Part shown: positions 25,349 to 37,465 of the stretch, piece by piece
How positions within the stretch are numbered: the stretch's first letter is position 1
Layout of the letters: every line of letters starts with the position of its first letter
Origin: Paraspadella gotoi
Lineage: Eukaryota > Animalia > Chaetognatha
DNA: 64,000 nt
Direction: 5' to 3'
NCBI GenBank assembly: GCA_051294375.1
Contig: CM119271.1
Coordinates: 6,821,632-6,885,631, forward strand
The notes under the pieces: generated by a model
Database searches by the model: none
What the model was told of the DNA's origin: nothing
What the model saw: only the letters and a program-made list of their open reading frames with translations
Program-made: the position numbers and the translations under genes

Positions 25349-27084
25349 TCACATCCAACATTTACCCGCGACACGCGGAAATGGAATGCATTCCCTGATG
25401 TTCGCGACTCCCGTCAAGTATTGCAAGTATCTCTCAAAGCCGACGCCGAATCCTCCGTGTGGGACGGAACCGAACTTTCGAAGATCCACGTACCACTTGA
25501 GCCTCTCCTCCTCGTCCTCTGGGTCCATCATTACACCTTTTTCCCTCATGTTGTAAACGAGATTGCCGTAAACGTGCTCGCGAAGGCTTCCGCCGCACAC
25601 CTCGCCGACTTCGGGTAAAAGGAGGTCGAAGGAAGCGCATGTTCGGCCATCATCATTACCTGATAGTTAATGAACATGAAGGTACTAATACTACCGATTA
25701 TCTAGGGTAGCCAAGCATTCGCAATCACAACCATTCACGAGAAATGTATCGGCCTCAACACTTCGCTCTACCCACACCTACCTTTTGCGTAAAATGCCTT
25801 CAGCGAGGCCGGGAAGTCGGTAATAAAAACGGGCTTTCCTACGTGTTCGACCAAAATCTTCTCCATTTCCTTGTTGAAATCGTCGCCCCATTTTAAAGTG
25901 GAAAAATCGTTGGATCTCTTCAAAATGTCCAAGGCGTCCGAATAGGAAATTCTCGCGAAGCTCGAGTTCAAATCGGCGACGATGCCACTTTGTGCCGTTG
26001 AGGACAAAGGGACGGTCCCACGAAAAAGGGCCAGTTCCTCGGCCCGAGAAGTCATTAGGGATTGAGAAACAGTCTTGAGAAGATCCTCCACGAGGTCGCA
26101 CAAATCCTGCGTTGTCGGATGGAAGAACCAATAAAGGTAAAAGTCTTTATTAATGCTGAGCACAACGATTAAAATTGTTAAAAAAAGTACCTCGACTGAT
26201 TCCACAAACGCCACTTCAGCCTCCGCCATGTAAAACTCGGACAGATGCATGCGAGATCGGCTCTTGTCTGCGCGGAAGGTCGGTCCGAACGAATAAACCT
26301 TCGACAAACCGTGAACCAACGCTTCGAGGTGCAACTGACCCGAAACGGTTAGAAAAGCGTCCGTGTGAAAATAGGATCGTGACTCCCCGTTTTCGCCTAT
26401 AACTCCGTCGTCTTTGGCCGTCAACCGAAAGACCTCGCCGGCGCCTTCGCAATCGTTGGAGGTGACGATGGGCGGGGCGACTAGAAGAAAGTCTCGGCGT
26501 TGAAAAAACTTGTGAAAAGCCAGCGTCGAGTCGTTGCGAATCTTGAGCATGGCGGTGCCGAGCTTTGTGCGGTGCCGGTGTTCTGGCGCTTCAGCGCGGA
26601 GGTATCCGGGCTGATGTCGAGTCTTGGCCTTGATGGGAAACTCTTTGGAGCTCACTTCCCCGAGAACCTGCAGTTCGTCACCACGTAACTCGACTGTCTG
26701 CTGAGGATGACGACTGGGAACGAGAAGTCCGATTACTTCGACAGCGGCGCCCAGGGCAATAGCGTCACCATCGACGTCGGCGCTCTTTACGACGACTTGG
26801 AGGTGACGAACACCAGATCCATCAGTCAAGTCGACGAAAGTGTTCTTTTTCTGAATCCTAGCGCTGGAGATCCATCCGCGGACGCGAGCGTTGAGCCCGG
26901 CTTCGTCGACAGAAGATTCCAACAATTGTTGAACGGTGAAGCGTGGAAATTCCGAAATGTTTTGAGATGGTATCGGAGTCGCTGAATCGCCGATACTGGC
27001 GCAGAGTCTTCGCAAAAGAATAAAGTTTCCGAGACCATTGTGAGAGGGATTGAAAACGAAGCTGAAGATACGATTAAATAACAT
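25349..27084 (-). CDS. NARS2: Mitochondrial asparaginyl-tRNA synthetase, multi-exon
   Basis: Presequence-like N-terminus, OB fold (VRGWI...LTDGSG...LQVV), SNDCEGAGEVF, FLTVSGQLHLE, GPTFRAD..RSRMHLSEFYMAEAE, WYVDLRKFGSVPHGGFGVGFERY. Confidence 0.95.
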
Positions 27085-27302
27085 AACCAATCACTATGAA
27101 AAACTTATCGGAAAAAGGGGGATATTAGAATATTACCATTTTCATAACAACTTTAAAATGTGCAAAATTAAAGATGACCTACAAACGAATGGATCACCAT
27201 GGCGACTTAGTTTGTTGCATTGATAAGTTGCCTCGAACAAAAGGCAAACAAGATATCTTCGGAAATTAAAACCAAAGCATTCAAGAAATCATCGACGGAG
27301 CG

Positions 27303-29445
27303 TCACTGAGGGTATCGCTCCAAGAGACCGCCGTAAGCGTGGCCTCCCGCGGCGCAGGCAGCGAGGAGGGCGAACTGCTTGTCTTCGGCGATCATGCGAT
27401 TTGCGGCCGTCGTGGTCAAGCGGACGCCGGTGGCCCCAAACGGATGACCTTTCGATTTTAAAGACAGTTTAACGATCTTCCGAATATAAAATTTCTTAAT
27501 TGCGTAAAAAGTCAACTTATTCCTAAAGCACACACAATGATTCCCAACTCTCTCACCAATGGAAAGGCTTCCACCCCAGAGGTTAAACTGTTCCATTGGC
27601 GGTGGCCCAATCTTCTCTGGCAGCTTCATCATGTTTTGGCAATACCAGTCCGAATCGAGGGCTTTCAAGTTGGCCAATATTTGACCGGCGAAGGCTTCGT
27701 GAAATTCGTAGACCCCAATGTCTTTGTACGATTTTCCCGACATCTTAAGGATTTTGGCGGTGGCGTGGGCTGGTCCCAGGAGCAACTGGTCCTTGGGATC
27801 CAAGGCCACGTAGGTAGCTTCTCTGTTTAGGATAAATGTTCGTTAAAAGACTAACCTTCTAGGATTAAAGGCTAAAAACACAACGAAACCGAAATCATCT
27901 TTTTTCGTACCTTAAGTAAGCTTTAGGTTTGAATCCCAACTCCTTAGCCTTCTCCTCGGACATGATTACGCAGGCCGAGGCTCCGTCGGTGAGGAAAGAA
28001 GCGTTAGCGGCGGTGATCGTCCCGTGAGGTTTGACGAAAGCCGGCTTCAACGAAGCTAGCTTCTCGGGGGTGCCGACTCGGATGCCGTTGTCCTTGTCGA
28101 CAATGGTCGCCTTTCCTGGGATCTTAACCGGGATAACGTCGGAAAGGTTGCCTGCCTCTTGCGCCTTCTGAGCCAGGGTGTGTGATCTTTATCAACGTAA
28201 AAAGGGATCAAGTCAAATAAAAATAAGAAAATGACAAGTGCCAAACAGACAAAAGGCTTACCTCAAGGCAAAATCATCCTGTTCTTTCCTCGAGACGTTA
28301 AAGGCCGCAGCAAGACGATCCGCGGAGTGACCCATGGACTCGTTTGTCGAAAACTCCGCAACGGCAGGAAGCTCTATGTTGAAAAGTACTTTCGGACTCA
28401 ACATCTGAAAGGGAAATCAAAAAATTATTTTAAGCAGTATAGCCAAAACAACAATGCTGCAAAAAAAAAATTAGTACAAATTTAGTACATACAAGTACAA
28501 AATATTTTCACTTTCCGTCGATGAAAAGGGAAACCAAACACCGACTACCGACCTTGGCGAACAAAGCGAGTTGTTTCTGCGGCCCCTTCGCCTTGGGCAA
28601 GGACATCATGAGTCCGCGCATTTTGCGGGAAAATCGGATGGGAACGTCGGACATGAACTCGACGCCGCCGGCGATGACGACATCGGCGACTCCGGTCGCG
28701 ATCATCCCCATTCCGCTCGTGATGGCGACGTTGGAGGAGATGCAAGCGAGGGTGACGGTGTGACATGGAACCTTTTCCGGTATACCGGCGCTCAACGCCG
28801 CTTCCCTGGCGATGTTACTAGTCTTCACTTCCATGATGACGGTGCCGCAAATCACGTTACTTACTTCGTCCACGGGTAAGTTCAATTTTTTAACGAGACC
28901 TGAAGGGTAATTCATTCAGACAAGACAAGTTCACCGTCCAATCCAGGCAAGTGCCAAAACTATGGACCTGACTGTAGGACTAACCAGGCTGTCTCTCTAA
29001 TAAGAATCAACCTGGCGCCAACCAGAATGGAGGGATGTGTGGGTGCATTACTGCAAACGAATGTCTCGGAAGAGTGGCGGTATAAATACAGATGGTAAGA
29101 ATTAAATCTTGGGACGGTTTGTAAAGTTCCCATTTTAAAATACCTTTAATGGCTTCCCGTTGTAAATCGTGCGGCATCATATCTTTATAATCAGTACCAG
29201 AAGTGAGGAAAGGTGTGCGTACGCCATCGACAAGAACGATATTTTTACCCTAAAATATTTAGCATTAACTTTTAAAATCATTTAAATATTAAAAAACCTA
29301 AATTACATAATAGGTACAAATTAGGCAAAACGTACAGTGTACGTACCTGGGAATACTTTCGAGACCATAAATTATTGAGGTTGCTAACCGGGGCGATGGC
29401 TGTCCGGGCGCCCAATTTTACACAATGGCTCAAGCACAACGCCAT
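27303..29445 (-). CDS. HADHB: Mitochondrial trifunctional enzyme beta subunit (thiolase), multi-exon
   Basis: [85 protein letters not shown]. Confidence 0.96.
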
Positions 29446-29582
29446 TTTTAAAAAAAAATACTATTGAAAAACAAAACATTTTATTAAAATTAGCGACCAA
29501 CGTTTATATCCGGCGTTAAGCGGGAATCACATCGAAAAAATAACACCCCGGTGGGAAAGTTTTAGACTAAATTTCGCAATTT

Positions 29583-30910
29583 TTATTTGATTCCGGCCAT
29601 TCTGACGGAAGGGGCGGTGACAAGTCCCTTGCCCTCGATCTTAAAAAAGGAGCCCTTGAAGGTGGCGACCCCTTCGGCGTTGACGAGGAATTCGGGCTGA
29701 ATCGCCTCGAAGATCTTTTTTTTAGGATTGATGAAAGGGAGATCGGGTTCGCCCTCGTAGCCGTCGAAAGAGATCTTATCGCCGACGATCGCCCCCGCGG
29801 GCGGAACCAAGATCTCCACCTTGTCAGGCGTGTTCGCGCACATTATCATTCCTCGATAGAAAAAAGACGTATGTATTTACTACAAATCTGAAAATCTTTA
29901 ATTCAACTAAACCTTACCTTCGGACAGAACGCCCCTCATTTTGGCGGGTTTGAGGTTGAGTAAAAATACGGCGACTCTGCCGCGCATTTCCTCGAGGGGC
30001 ACATGCTTGACCAAACCACTCACGATCGTTCGCAGTTTTTCTTCTCCCACGTCAACCTTTTCCACGTAGAGCGAATCCGCACCGGGGTGTTTCTCCACCT
30101 AAATGAACTTAAAATTTTTAAAACATATTGTTGACAATTGAACCGAAAAACCCTGATAAACTCTCGTGCCTCCATGATTTTGCCGATTCTCATATTGAGC
30201 CGAGAAACGTCGACGGGTTTTTCCGGCTCCGCATCGCCGTCGCCTTGCTCCACTTTTCCGGCTTTCTTCTCTTTTTTCGGTTTTTCTTTGGCTTTATTTT
30301 CCGGCGATGCCGGGACGGGTGATGACAAGTCAGTCGCAGGTTCGGACGCTTTTGGAAATGAAAGGAAAGGATTGGGGTGAAAGAACAGTTTAAAGAAAGC
30401 ACGGGTGAAGGCGGATCTCTTTTTCTTAAATACCCTTGGGTTTGGGTGACGCTTTTTTCGATGGCTTCATCTTTTCGCTGTCCGGGATAACATTAGATGG
30501 AGCTGCAGTTGGCGAAGTGATCGGCACCTGCTTGATGCCATGGCTTATCTCGACGGCAATAAGGTCATTTTTTAGAGTTTGAACCTGGAAGGAATCGCTC
30601 ATAACTTCAATATCATCCGTTACCATCGTGTCGTGTTTATGATAAAATGATATAGAATAAAGTTTGAAGAGAGATTTAACAACGATTTTTATTTCATAGT
30701 GAAACGGACATGTTTCGACTCACATACGAGTCTTCTTCAGCGCCAATTCAATTTGTGAATTTTAAGAGAATTTTGTGCATAAAGAAAGAGAGAGAGAGAG
30801 AGAGACAGAGCAAAGTTTCCAACACAGAGTTTGGGAGAAAGGATAGTGTTCAGTTTTTTTATTAGGGACAGGTGAAGGTGAGGACAGAGATAGTTTGTGA
30901 AAAGAAATTG

Positions 30911-30975
<65 letters not shown>

Positions 30976-33033
30976 CAGTGATTGAAAATATAATACATTA
31001 TGAAATGTACAACAATGTTAAAATTTGGTAAACTTTAATAATGAATAATATCAACAATTAGCTACAGTAATAAATTAGCTGAAGTGCCTACCGCGCCCAC
31101 CACAGCACACCTGGAAGATAAGCAGAAGCGCCCAAAGAACGTAGGTCACTTGTCCCTCCCCTACCACCAGGGGATCACTGAGTCATTGGTGCGGGTGCTA
31201 GCAAAGCAGGGGATCTTCACCTCAGTGACGGCCCACGGCTCTCTGCGTGAGCTATTGGTGAAACCGAAAGATAAAATCCCCAGACCGAAAACATCAGGAG
31301 CCGTCTATTGGGCGGCCTGTGCAGGGGCGGGCAACCAAGCCTGCACAGCAGCATATGTGGGCGAGACAGGAAAGTCTAACTGACCGCTTCCAGCAGCATA
31401 CGAGACCCTATCGCCACTACCTATCTGCTATAGCCGAACACACGGCTAATACTGGCCATCTATTCAGAGAATCAGACTGTCTCATGCTGTCCCAGGACCC
31501 AAGCTGGTTCTCAAGAGGTATTAGAGAGGCAATCTACATCAAAGCCCTCGAGCCCTCTTTGAACCGTGATGGAGGACGATTCAATCTCCCTCCAAGCTAT
31601 GATTCGCTTATCAAAAGCGTGGTGGAGGCCCCGTCTCCACCACGTCCGCACAATGATTCCCCCATCTCCACTCAACAAAATAGGCGGAGACCCTTGCGCA
31701 GGCAATGGGCAGACGATACCTCTCCTTCAACTGCAGCAACTCATTCCCTTCCTCTGTGGACTGAGCACCGCCCAAAGCGACGGCTGCAGGAGGAAGGGGG
31801 GGGAGGCCACCACTCCTGTCGCGAAAGTGGCAAGAATGGACAGCCGCCCACCTTGCCAGCCGGCAAGAAGAGGGCAGTCGGCAGGTGTACCAGGCCAGAG
31901 AGATATCCGAGTAGCATTTGGTTTCTTCCCGCAAGGAAGTCTTCCCAACTCTGCACAAGTAGGCTCCACCAACCTGTCCTCTCAGCCAATGACACACCAA
32001 TGACCCGACCTTATCAATCTAGCCTTTCATTTGTTCATAACCAAGGGGGGCGAGCTCATTTTGAGCTCTTTCTTATTACTTGAAATTTCCCTTTTCCTAA
32101 TTACTTAGTTATCCCTCACTAACAATAAATATTTCACATTTCTGAATTTCTTTTTCATTTCACTAATTTATTACTGTAGCTAATTGTTGATATTATTCAT
32201 TATTAAAGTTTACCAAATTTTAACATTGTTGTACATTTCATAATGTATTATATTTTCAAGCACTGTCTCTCTCTCTCTCTCTCTCCATTTCAATTTCTTT
32301 TCACAAACTATCTCTGTCCTCACCTTCACCTGTCCCTAATAAAAAACTGAACACTATCTTTTCTCTCAAACTCTGTGTTGGAAACTTTGCTCTCTCTCTC
32401 TCTCTCTCTTTCTTTATGCACAAAATTCTCTTCAAATTCACAAATTGAATTGGCGCAGAAGAATACTCGTATGTGAGTCGAAACATGTCCGTTTCACTAT
32501 GAAATAAAAATCGTTGTTAAATCTCTCTTCAAACTTTGTTCTAACCCAAATCACAACGAAACAGAGGAAAAAACACGATAAAATGATAAAATTGCAAAAT
32601 TCCCAAGTGCTTCTCTATTTTAAGTTTTAGATTTTATAATATTAATTAAAATTACTTATTGCAAATTCTTTATTTTTTATTTTTATTATTATTTTTTACA
32701 AATTTTTGTTTTGGATAATATAAATCTGAAAATATTATATTATTATTTTCTTCTGGAAATAGAGGGAGCATCTATAAAACAAGGTTATATTACTTCCGGC
32801 CCTAGTTTTCGAAATAGATATCACACATCAGTCACACATCAGTCAGCTGGTTTTATAAAACAGACCTGTTCCTGAAGCCTCATGGTTTCTTGGCTTGCAA
32901 ATTCCTTCTCTTGTTCCGCTTTGTATGATAGAACATTGTCCAGAAAGTGTAAATCCTTTTGCAAAGTTCTCAGAAGGTTTTCTGCTTTCAAAGTTCGACT
33001 TTGAAATATTTTCAAGAGTTCTTTCGAAGACAT
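29583..33033 (-). CDS. AIMP1: AIMP1/p43 (EMAP-II tRNA-binding domain), multi-exon; intron 1 carries a Penelope-like element
   Basis: N-terminal coiled-coil exon (33033-~32866), then [17 protein letters not shown], a Lys-rich linker, [56 protein letters not shown]. Confidence 0.9.
30703..30744 (-). ncRNA. Minimal type I hammerhead ribozyme motif in the left pseudo-LTR (intact core)
   Basis: Minus strand reads GGCG-CTGAAGA-A-GACTC-GTATGT-GAGTC-GAAA-CATGTC-CGTT: CUGANGA and GAAA core, 5-bp stem II, palindromic ACATGT, GUC cleavage triplet, short stem I. Confidence 0.75.
30916..30976. repeat. (GA)n microsatellite within the pseudo-LTR
   Basis: Long GA run. A shorter GA run lies at 30788-30809 and the mirror TC runs at 32265-32285 and 32390-32410. 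Confidence 0.95.
32452..32493 (+). ncRNA. Second hammerhead copy with a mutated core (probably inactive)
   Basis: GGCG-CAGAAGA-A-TACTC-GTATGT-GAGTC-GAAACATGTC-CGTT: CTGA changed to CAGA, plus a stem II mismatch. Confidence 0.6.
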
Positions 33034-34345
33034 TGTTCAAGAAAATACTCTTCTAAAACCGCAATGTAATTTAAGTCAAATCCAACAAATGGGATTGTAA
33101 TATGGTAACCGCGCATCGAAATCAAATCCTATTAACTATGAAATTGGTACAACTATATTAGATTAAGATTTGCTAAGTATCGATACCTCATATAATACCC
33201 TCTTTTTGTCCTTCGTTCCTCGTTTTTGGCTGAAAGAAAACTTTACTTACCAAAAAGGCAAACTGAAAAAGATTTAAACGACGCAATTCGGTCGCTTCGG
33301 GATTACGTTTCGAGAAACTTGATCTCGGTATCTTTGCCTTTCATAAACTCCTCGATTTGGTTTCAACTTCCGAATGATTTGGTTTTTGACTCTTTGCCTT
33401 TGCCTTTGTCTTTGCCCTACGGTACCAAAAATGTTCAGTCAGTATGGACCACAACGACTTAAAACAACTTGGTTTTGATTCAAACTTTTATTTAAGAGAT
33501 TTACACAAGTGAAAATCAACTGGGTTAAAACTAAATGGTAGAACGAAAAAAGGCTGGATGAAAAAAAGGCCATGCAATAGGAGAAAAAACTAGAATTAAT
33601 GAACTTCACTCCTTGTACTTAACGTTTACAACAGATCTAAAGATCGGGTGAAAATTCGATGAAGAAGTACCTGTATCGAAACAGGTGTGGATACAATGAT
33701 CGTTAATGTTCAAAGAACTTTTTCGCCCAGCTTTTCAATCATTAAATAAAATATCAAATTTATTTAAAGGTGAAAAAGTTCTTGGTCGTTTAAGAGCGTT
33801 TCAAATCGAGGTCAAATCACAACGTCGATGTGAAACATAATGAAACACAATCGATCCCTATAATCAAAATTGTGAACCATTCCAATGACAATCTTCATTT
33901 ATAATTATAGCGCGAAATCAAAACGTCGAATGAAAAGTTAAGGAATAAAATGAAAAAAAACAATTATACATCGGCCAAAAATTACAGTGATACAGCGGTT
34001 TTTAGCTCGACAATTGGGGATAAGACTAGTCACCAACTTCATATTATATTATACTAAAGCCTAGAAATTTTAGAGAAAAACAGACAATGAAGGTTTAACG
34101 GCTCAAAACCAAAAGTTCTGATATTAAAAACCGCCGGATCTTGCTGTATTCGGGGGGGGGGATTAGGGGGGCTGCAAAACACTAACCCTCGAGAGGTTGA
34201 CCTCTTGATTCAACGAGCGTTTTGAAAGAATCGGGAAGAGAAAGATGCCGGGAGGGAGAAGCAGATGGACGGTGGAGCGTCAAAATCAATTGAGATGCGG
34301 CCTTCCCTCGACTCTTGCCACTGCCATTGGGTTTAAAGCTTCCCG

Positions 34346-35162
<817 letters not shown>

Positions 35163-35548
35163 TCAAACTATTGTATAAAAGAGAAATTTATGCCAATAAC
35201 AAATTAACTTTAATAAATATCGTAAAATAATCAGTCAGACCCGTAAATATAAAATAAATGAATTTAAAAAGTTCCCAAAACATAGATCTGATGTGATGAA
35301 GCAGGAGAGTGGCATGGTCGATAACAATTAGTAAATATCAAAATAAAAAAAATATCAATGAAAATTAATCCATTAATAATAACAAATTATTCCAGAGTGC
35401 ATGTAACATGAACAATAATAGTAGTAAAATATTTTAAAATAAAAGATATTTTACTTAATTATCACAGAGTAATTTTCAAATAACAATTGTATAAAAGATG
35501 AATAGAAAAGTTCTGATACCCTATTTTATCCTCGCATTTCTCTCATCT

Positions 35549-37090
35549 CTACCGAGGATCTCGGGCCAAACTGAGAATTAGCTCGGCCTTGACTCCCGGC
35601 TGGGTGGAAGCTGGCCGCAAGTCAAAGAGGTGAGGCATGCTGGCGACAAACTCAAACGCGTTGGCGAATCCCAAGCGTTCCAGAGGAATGTCCCATCGCT
35701 CCTCTTTCCGAAATTCGAACGAGAGGCGGGTGAGGAAAATGCCACGAGGCCGCTTTTCGAGTACTCGTCTCACCACGGCGGTAACGTGGTTCTTAAGGCT
35801 GACAACGCCGACGTCGAGGGGACGATCCGCGGGGAAGCCGCGCAGCCGCACTGTCGAAGTTCCGCTCGGATGCTTGGTGAGGAGGACGTCGCCCTGAAGA
35901 ATCGAGGGAGGCTTTCAACGTTTATTTCCAAAACCCTATGAACATTGATCAGATACCGTCAAACACTCGAGAAATGCCGTCAGGGCGTCGTGAGGGGCCA
36001 GAAATGTCGGAAGCTGCCTTTTAAACTTTGCGGAATAAAGATCCGGCAGATCCCGGACGAGTACTCCTTTAGGCAACTCCCCCAAAATTCGCAGAAGATT
36101 GATACGGATGTCTTCGGGAACGGGAATTTCGGAGGTCGATCTCCGCGGGGTCGAGGTCACCATCCTCGGGTTAGACGTAGAAGAGCGAGGAAACTTGGAA
36201 TGACGCCGCGTGGATGAGGAAACGACTTCGGCGGAAGAGCGGTCAGTTCCGATGGGTAGCGACGAAAGAGAGCGACCACGGCGGCGGGGGATCGGATGAG
36301 GGGCCGAATCGATCTTCGACGGTGGAGCGCGGTAGTCATTAACGGAAGCGAAGGCGAGGCGGCTGCGCGAACGCTGGTGGCGGGGACGCCCTCGAAAAGC
36401 CAGTGCCTCGTCGATCCGTGAAGAAACGTCGGCAGAGGGAGGTGGCGGCGAGCTCGCATCGAATGAAGAAATGACGTCCGGACGACGAGAGGAGGGGGCG
36501 CGGTTTCTGTCAGGCGAACAATTGTCATTCTTGTAACGCTTGGCGGACGCTGGACAGCCTTCGGCAAAAAGGAAATGGAAATCATAATACATAACATTAA
36601 TAATGAGGAAGCTATGAACGAACCTTCGCTTTCATTCGAACATGATAACCGTTTGCTAGGCCTCCTGCTCTGCGTCGGCGACTTTTGTTTGGTAACCAAG
36701 CGCCAAATATGATGCGTTGTCGCCGTCGCTTTGGCTCGATAAATCGGTTTCCCATTTTCCCATGAGAGCTCGCAAACATTAGGTAGTGATTCAAGAAAGT
36801 GAACGATGTCCCTGTGCTCAAGTTTAAAAAAATTGTATTCAAAAGAAGGACGAACCATCTTTAAGTCAAATGAAAACCACTTACTTGTAGCCTAATATTC
36901 GGTAAGGGATTGGCGATCCAACTAAGTAGAGGTAATCGTATAGAATCTGCTTCGGAGTTAATCCTGCTTTGGAGGACAATAGTACCGAACGCAAATGTGC
37001 CACCGTATCTTCGAAAAATTCTCTTTGCTTCTTCGAAGAGTCAAAAGGATGCGATTCTTTCGCCAACGTTCCCGTCATCATGGCCGCCAT
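35549..37090 (-). CDS. Protein with three LOTUS/OST-HTH domains (TDRD5/TDRD7-like N-terminus), no Tudor domain seen
   Basis: LOTUS 1: LRSVLLSSKAGLTPKQILYDYLYLVGSPIPYRILGYK|DIVHFLESLPNV. LOTUS 2: LLRILGELPKGVLVRDLPDLYSAKFKRQL. LOTUS 3: VRRVLEKRPRGIFLTRLSFEF...IPLERLGFANAFEFVASMPHLF. Confidence 0.8.
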
Positions 37091-37465
37091 ATTATTTTCG
37101 GCAAGGAAAAGAAATATGTGTAGTTTTTTCCTGTTTTACCTTTAAAAGGAAGAAAAAGATTAATCCATTATGTAATGGTGAAATATAACACTGAGCGAAT
37201 AATTATTTTTTTTTGCCTGGAAAGATTAGCGGGAGTAAAAGATTCCTAATCTACGTGGTTATTCGCCAAGATTATAACTATTTTAGGCTTAAAGAGAGTG
37301 CATTAGTTAGAAAAAATTCGATAGGTATAGCGGCAAAATGAGAGATGATACATAAGAGAAAGGCTAAAGAAGATATTGTTGTTGTACATAAAGGACAGGT
37401 ACATTTATTCTCATAATCGCCAAATATTAAGAGTCTGGCGCAATAAAGAAAACCAGACCCCCTTA

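Larger units (their letters stand above)
30653..32576 (+). mobile_element. 5'-truncated Penelope-like retroelement with inverted pseudo-LTRs
   Basis: GIY-YIG endonuclease remnant 31084-~31620 ([16 protein letters not shown]...C..AYVGET, frameshift, [17 protein letters not shown]...PSLNRDGG). 30653-31078 is an inverted copy of 32163-32543. A 33-bp tail (32544-32576) follows. Direct repeat GATAAAATGATA at 30641-30652 and 32577-32588. Confidence 0.88.

Noticed and set aside
12988-27556. Stop-free introns of length 3n (13068-12988, 24632-24588, 26190-26107, 27556-27449) read through in the ORF track
   Set aside because: A few are expected by chance among dozens of short introns. They have normal GT-AG ends, and three of them interrupt conserved protein sequence.
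31620-32083. C-terminal extension of the 254-aa plus-strand ORF as a host gene
   Set aside because: Low-complexity read-through beyond the GIY-YIG domain inside the Penelope-like element.
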